Shown: one piece after another, positions 61,549 to 64,000 of the stretch | Layout: every line of letters begins with the position of its first letter | How positions within the stretch are numbered: position 1 is the first letter of the stretch | NCBI RefSeq assembly: GCF_963921235.1 | Contig: NC_086097.1 | Coordinates: 15,252,001-15,316,000 of the forward strand | Direction: 5' to 3' | Length of the DNA stretch: 64,000 bases | DNA from: Mobula hypostoma | Taxonomy: Eukaryota | The notes under the pieces: model-generated | The model's input: only the letters and a program-made list of their open reading frames with translations | What the model was told of the DNA's origin: nothing | The model's database searches: none | Program-made: the position numbers and the translations under genes

Positions 61549-62556
61549 ATCAAATTAAAGGGAAGGTCATATTGAGAAGGTGCTGCGTCAGACCTCAGAC
61601 CAGAAGGTCACTCCAGAACAAGGTCGGTGATATCTTATTACAACTCTCCCCTCCAAACATTTGGGGGAATGCTGGGTGAATTGAAATTTTTAGGACTGAG
61701 CTGGAGAGATTGTGTTTGTATTGAGACTATCTGTGAAAAACTGGGGGAAATGTAGTTAGATCCCTGATGGAACAGGCTGAAAGGAAATGGAGCATCCTGT
61801 CTTCTCACTACTACCATTAGGTAGGAAATGGAGGAGCCCAGAGTCTCACACCACTAGGTTCAGGAAAGGTCATTACCCTACAACCGTTAGGGTCATGAAC
61901 CGACATGGATGACTACACTCACCTCATCCACAACCTACAGACTCACTGTCGAGGACTTTACAACTCATGTTCTCAGTATTACATATACAATTTATCTTCT
62001 TTTGCACATTGGTAGTTTGTTTATGAATAGTTTTTTTAAAAAAATTTTGCATTTCTGTATTTTCCTGTAAATGCTTATAATAAAAATTAACCTCAAGCTA
62101 GTATATGGTGACACACAAATATTTTGATAATAGATTTACCTTGACCTTAAAATATCTTCCCGCTAGTGATCAACATGACCACTTTGCCTCCTGTGCTAAG
62201 GCAGAAGTCTAAAGGTCATAGATTCAAGACCCACTATGGACAAATTTTAAAGTGGAAGCCGCAGGTGAGACTCCAGTGCCGTGAAGTTGCTTCTTTCAGC
62301 ACAGACCTGCTGCTGAGGCCCTAGCAGCTCTCACAAACCGCTTTAAGTGCTCTGACGAGGAGAGAAATTAACCCTGGTCCACAAGTACATAATAATCCCT
62401 CACTCCACTGAAACAGAGGGCATTGTTCTTTGTGGGGACTGGCTTTATACAATCTGTGCCTTGTGGAATAATGTAAAATTGTCTGTTGGTTGTAAAGTGA
62501 CTTAAAGAATTATGTTAGGGTGTTTTAAATGTATAAGTGTTTGTTTCTATCACCAT

Positions 62557-62775
62557 AAACACAACAGGTTCTGCAGATATTGGAAATCCACACTAACTAA
62601 CACAAAATGCTGGAGGAATCCAGCAGGTCGGGCAGCATCTGTTGAAATGAATAAACAGTCAACGCTTCAGGCTGAGACCCTTTATCAGGTCTCCTCCTAA
62701 AATGTCGACTGTGTATTCCTCTCCATAGATCTTCAGATCTCCATAGTTCCTCAAGGATTTTGTGTTTGTTGCTCT
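62557..62775. mobile_element. Fold-back pair of Penelope-like terminal repeats
   Basis: CACAAAATGCTGGAGGAA...CAGTCAACGCTTCAGGCTGAGACC, then GGTCTC...AATGTCGACTG...AGTTCCTCAAGGATTTTGTG. Confidence 0.75.
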
Positions 62776-63299
62776 ACTGACTGAAGCAGAAATCTAAGAA
62801 CATCCCTGATTCTGACCTCTTCTAGAACTATTCTGGTCAAGGCAGTGGGGGAACTGCTATGATTTGTTTTGGTGTCTCTTGGTCACAGAGAGCTGAAAAG
62901 AAAAATCTGTCAGAATTGTTAAGAAATGACATTCCTGATTCTGTGAACATGTCTACATTTAAACGACTGAAATAAAACATCTACCACTTACACGATTTGA
63001 CTCTGTGCTTGAACAAAAGCAATGGGATCCATATTAAACAAAAATTTTACTCTCATCCTTCTAGCCTGGCGCTATTCTGAATTGAGGAGATCTTGCCATT
63101 GTAGATCAAGTCAGTTGGATGGGTAACAGTGCCTTGGGGAACAATATAACTGACAGACAACCTATGTCAATACGGATATGAGAAAGCTTGTGGTTACTGG
63201 TTGCAATGTCGGGAATGGTGGAATTGGCTGGACTGATGACAGCTGGCCTGCTATAGCCAACTGTATTGGGTTTTATTAAAAATTATTATTACATATACC

Positions 63300-64000
63300 A
63301 AGATGGAGTGAAAAGCTTGGTTTGCACACAGCTTGCGCAGATCAAATCATTATACATAGTACACCGAAATAGTACAAGGTAAAAAATAGCAACAGTGTGC
63401 AGAACAATGTGTAAAAGCTACCAAAAAAAGGCAGTGCAGGTAAACAATAAAGTACAAGATCAAAATGAAGTAGATTGAGAGGCCAGGAGTTCACCTTATC
63501 ATACAAGAGGTCAATTCTAAAGTCTGGCAGCACTGGGATAGAAGCTGTCTTTGAGCCTTGTGGTATGTGCTTTCAGGCTTTTGTATCTCTTGTCCGACGG
63601 GAGGGGAAAGAAGAGAGAATATCGGTGGTGGGTGGGGTCCTTGATTATGCAGGCTGCCTTACAGGTATCCATCATTGAAGACTCCCATCAAACAGGTCAT
63701 GGATTGTTCTCATCACTACCATCAGGAAGGAGGTACAGAAGCCTGAAGGCACACACGCAACAATTCAGGAACAGCTTCTTCCCCTCTGCCATCCGGTTTT
63801 GAATGGACATTGAACCTATGAACACGACTTCACTACTTCTTTATTTCTATTTTTGCACTGCTTATTTAATCAAACTATTTTTATACACACACACACACAC
63901 ACTCTTACATAATTCATGCTTTTTTTCTTTGTACTGCTGCTGCAAAGACAACATATTTCACAACATATACCGGGGATATTCAACCTGATCTGATTCCGAT
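63300..64000. mobile_element. Head-to-head Rex1/L2-like LINE 3' fragments (minus about 63300-63665, plus about 63665-64000)
   Basis: Plus strand SIIEDSHQTGHGLFSSLPSGRRYRSLKAHTQQFRNSFFPSAIRF; the upstream part is antisense of the same motif region. Confidence 0.75.

Overview
Repeat-dense vertebrate DNA, most likely intronic or intergenic sequence from a cartilaginous fish (probably a ray). This is inferred from the repeat content: CR1 LINEs, V-type, CORE and Deu SINEs, Penelope-like elements, and RTE and Rex1/L2-like LINEs. No host protein-coding exon could be identified with confidence, and nearly all ORF-track entries are repeat-derived or spurious. Main structures: (1) a 3.2-kb hAT DNA transposon (40081-43282) with perfect 15-bp TIRs and an 8-bp TSD, whose decayed KIAA1586-like transposase is joined in frame to a Tigger/pogo-type DNA-binding region; (2) a Penelope-like GIY-YIG element (54022-54947) and about 15 copies of its terminal repeat, which carries a minimal hammerhead-ribozyme motif and often occurs as a fold-back; (3) two solo LTRs, several ~80-bp hAT MITEs, a hAT derivative with a zinc-finger first exon, a composite Tc1-like element with palindromic ends, and many nested insertions with readable TSDs; (4) a few repeat-free, homeodomain-motif-rich islands that may be conserved enhancers. 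Family assignments come from motif recognition only; no database search was run, and most repeat boundaries are approximate.
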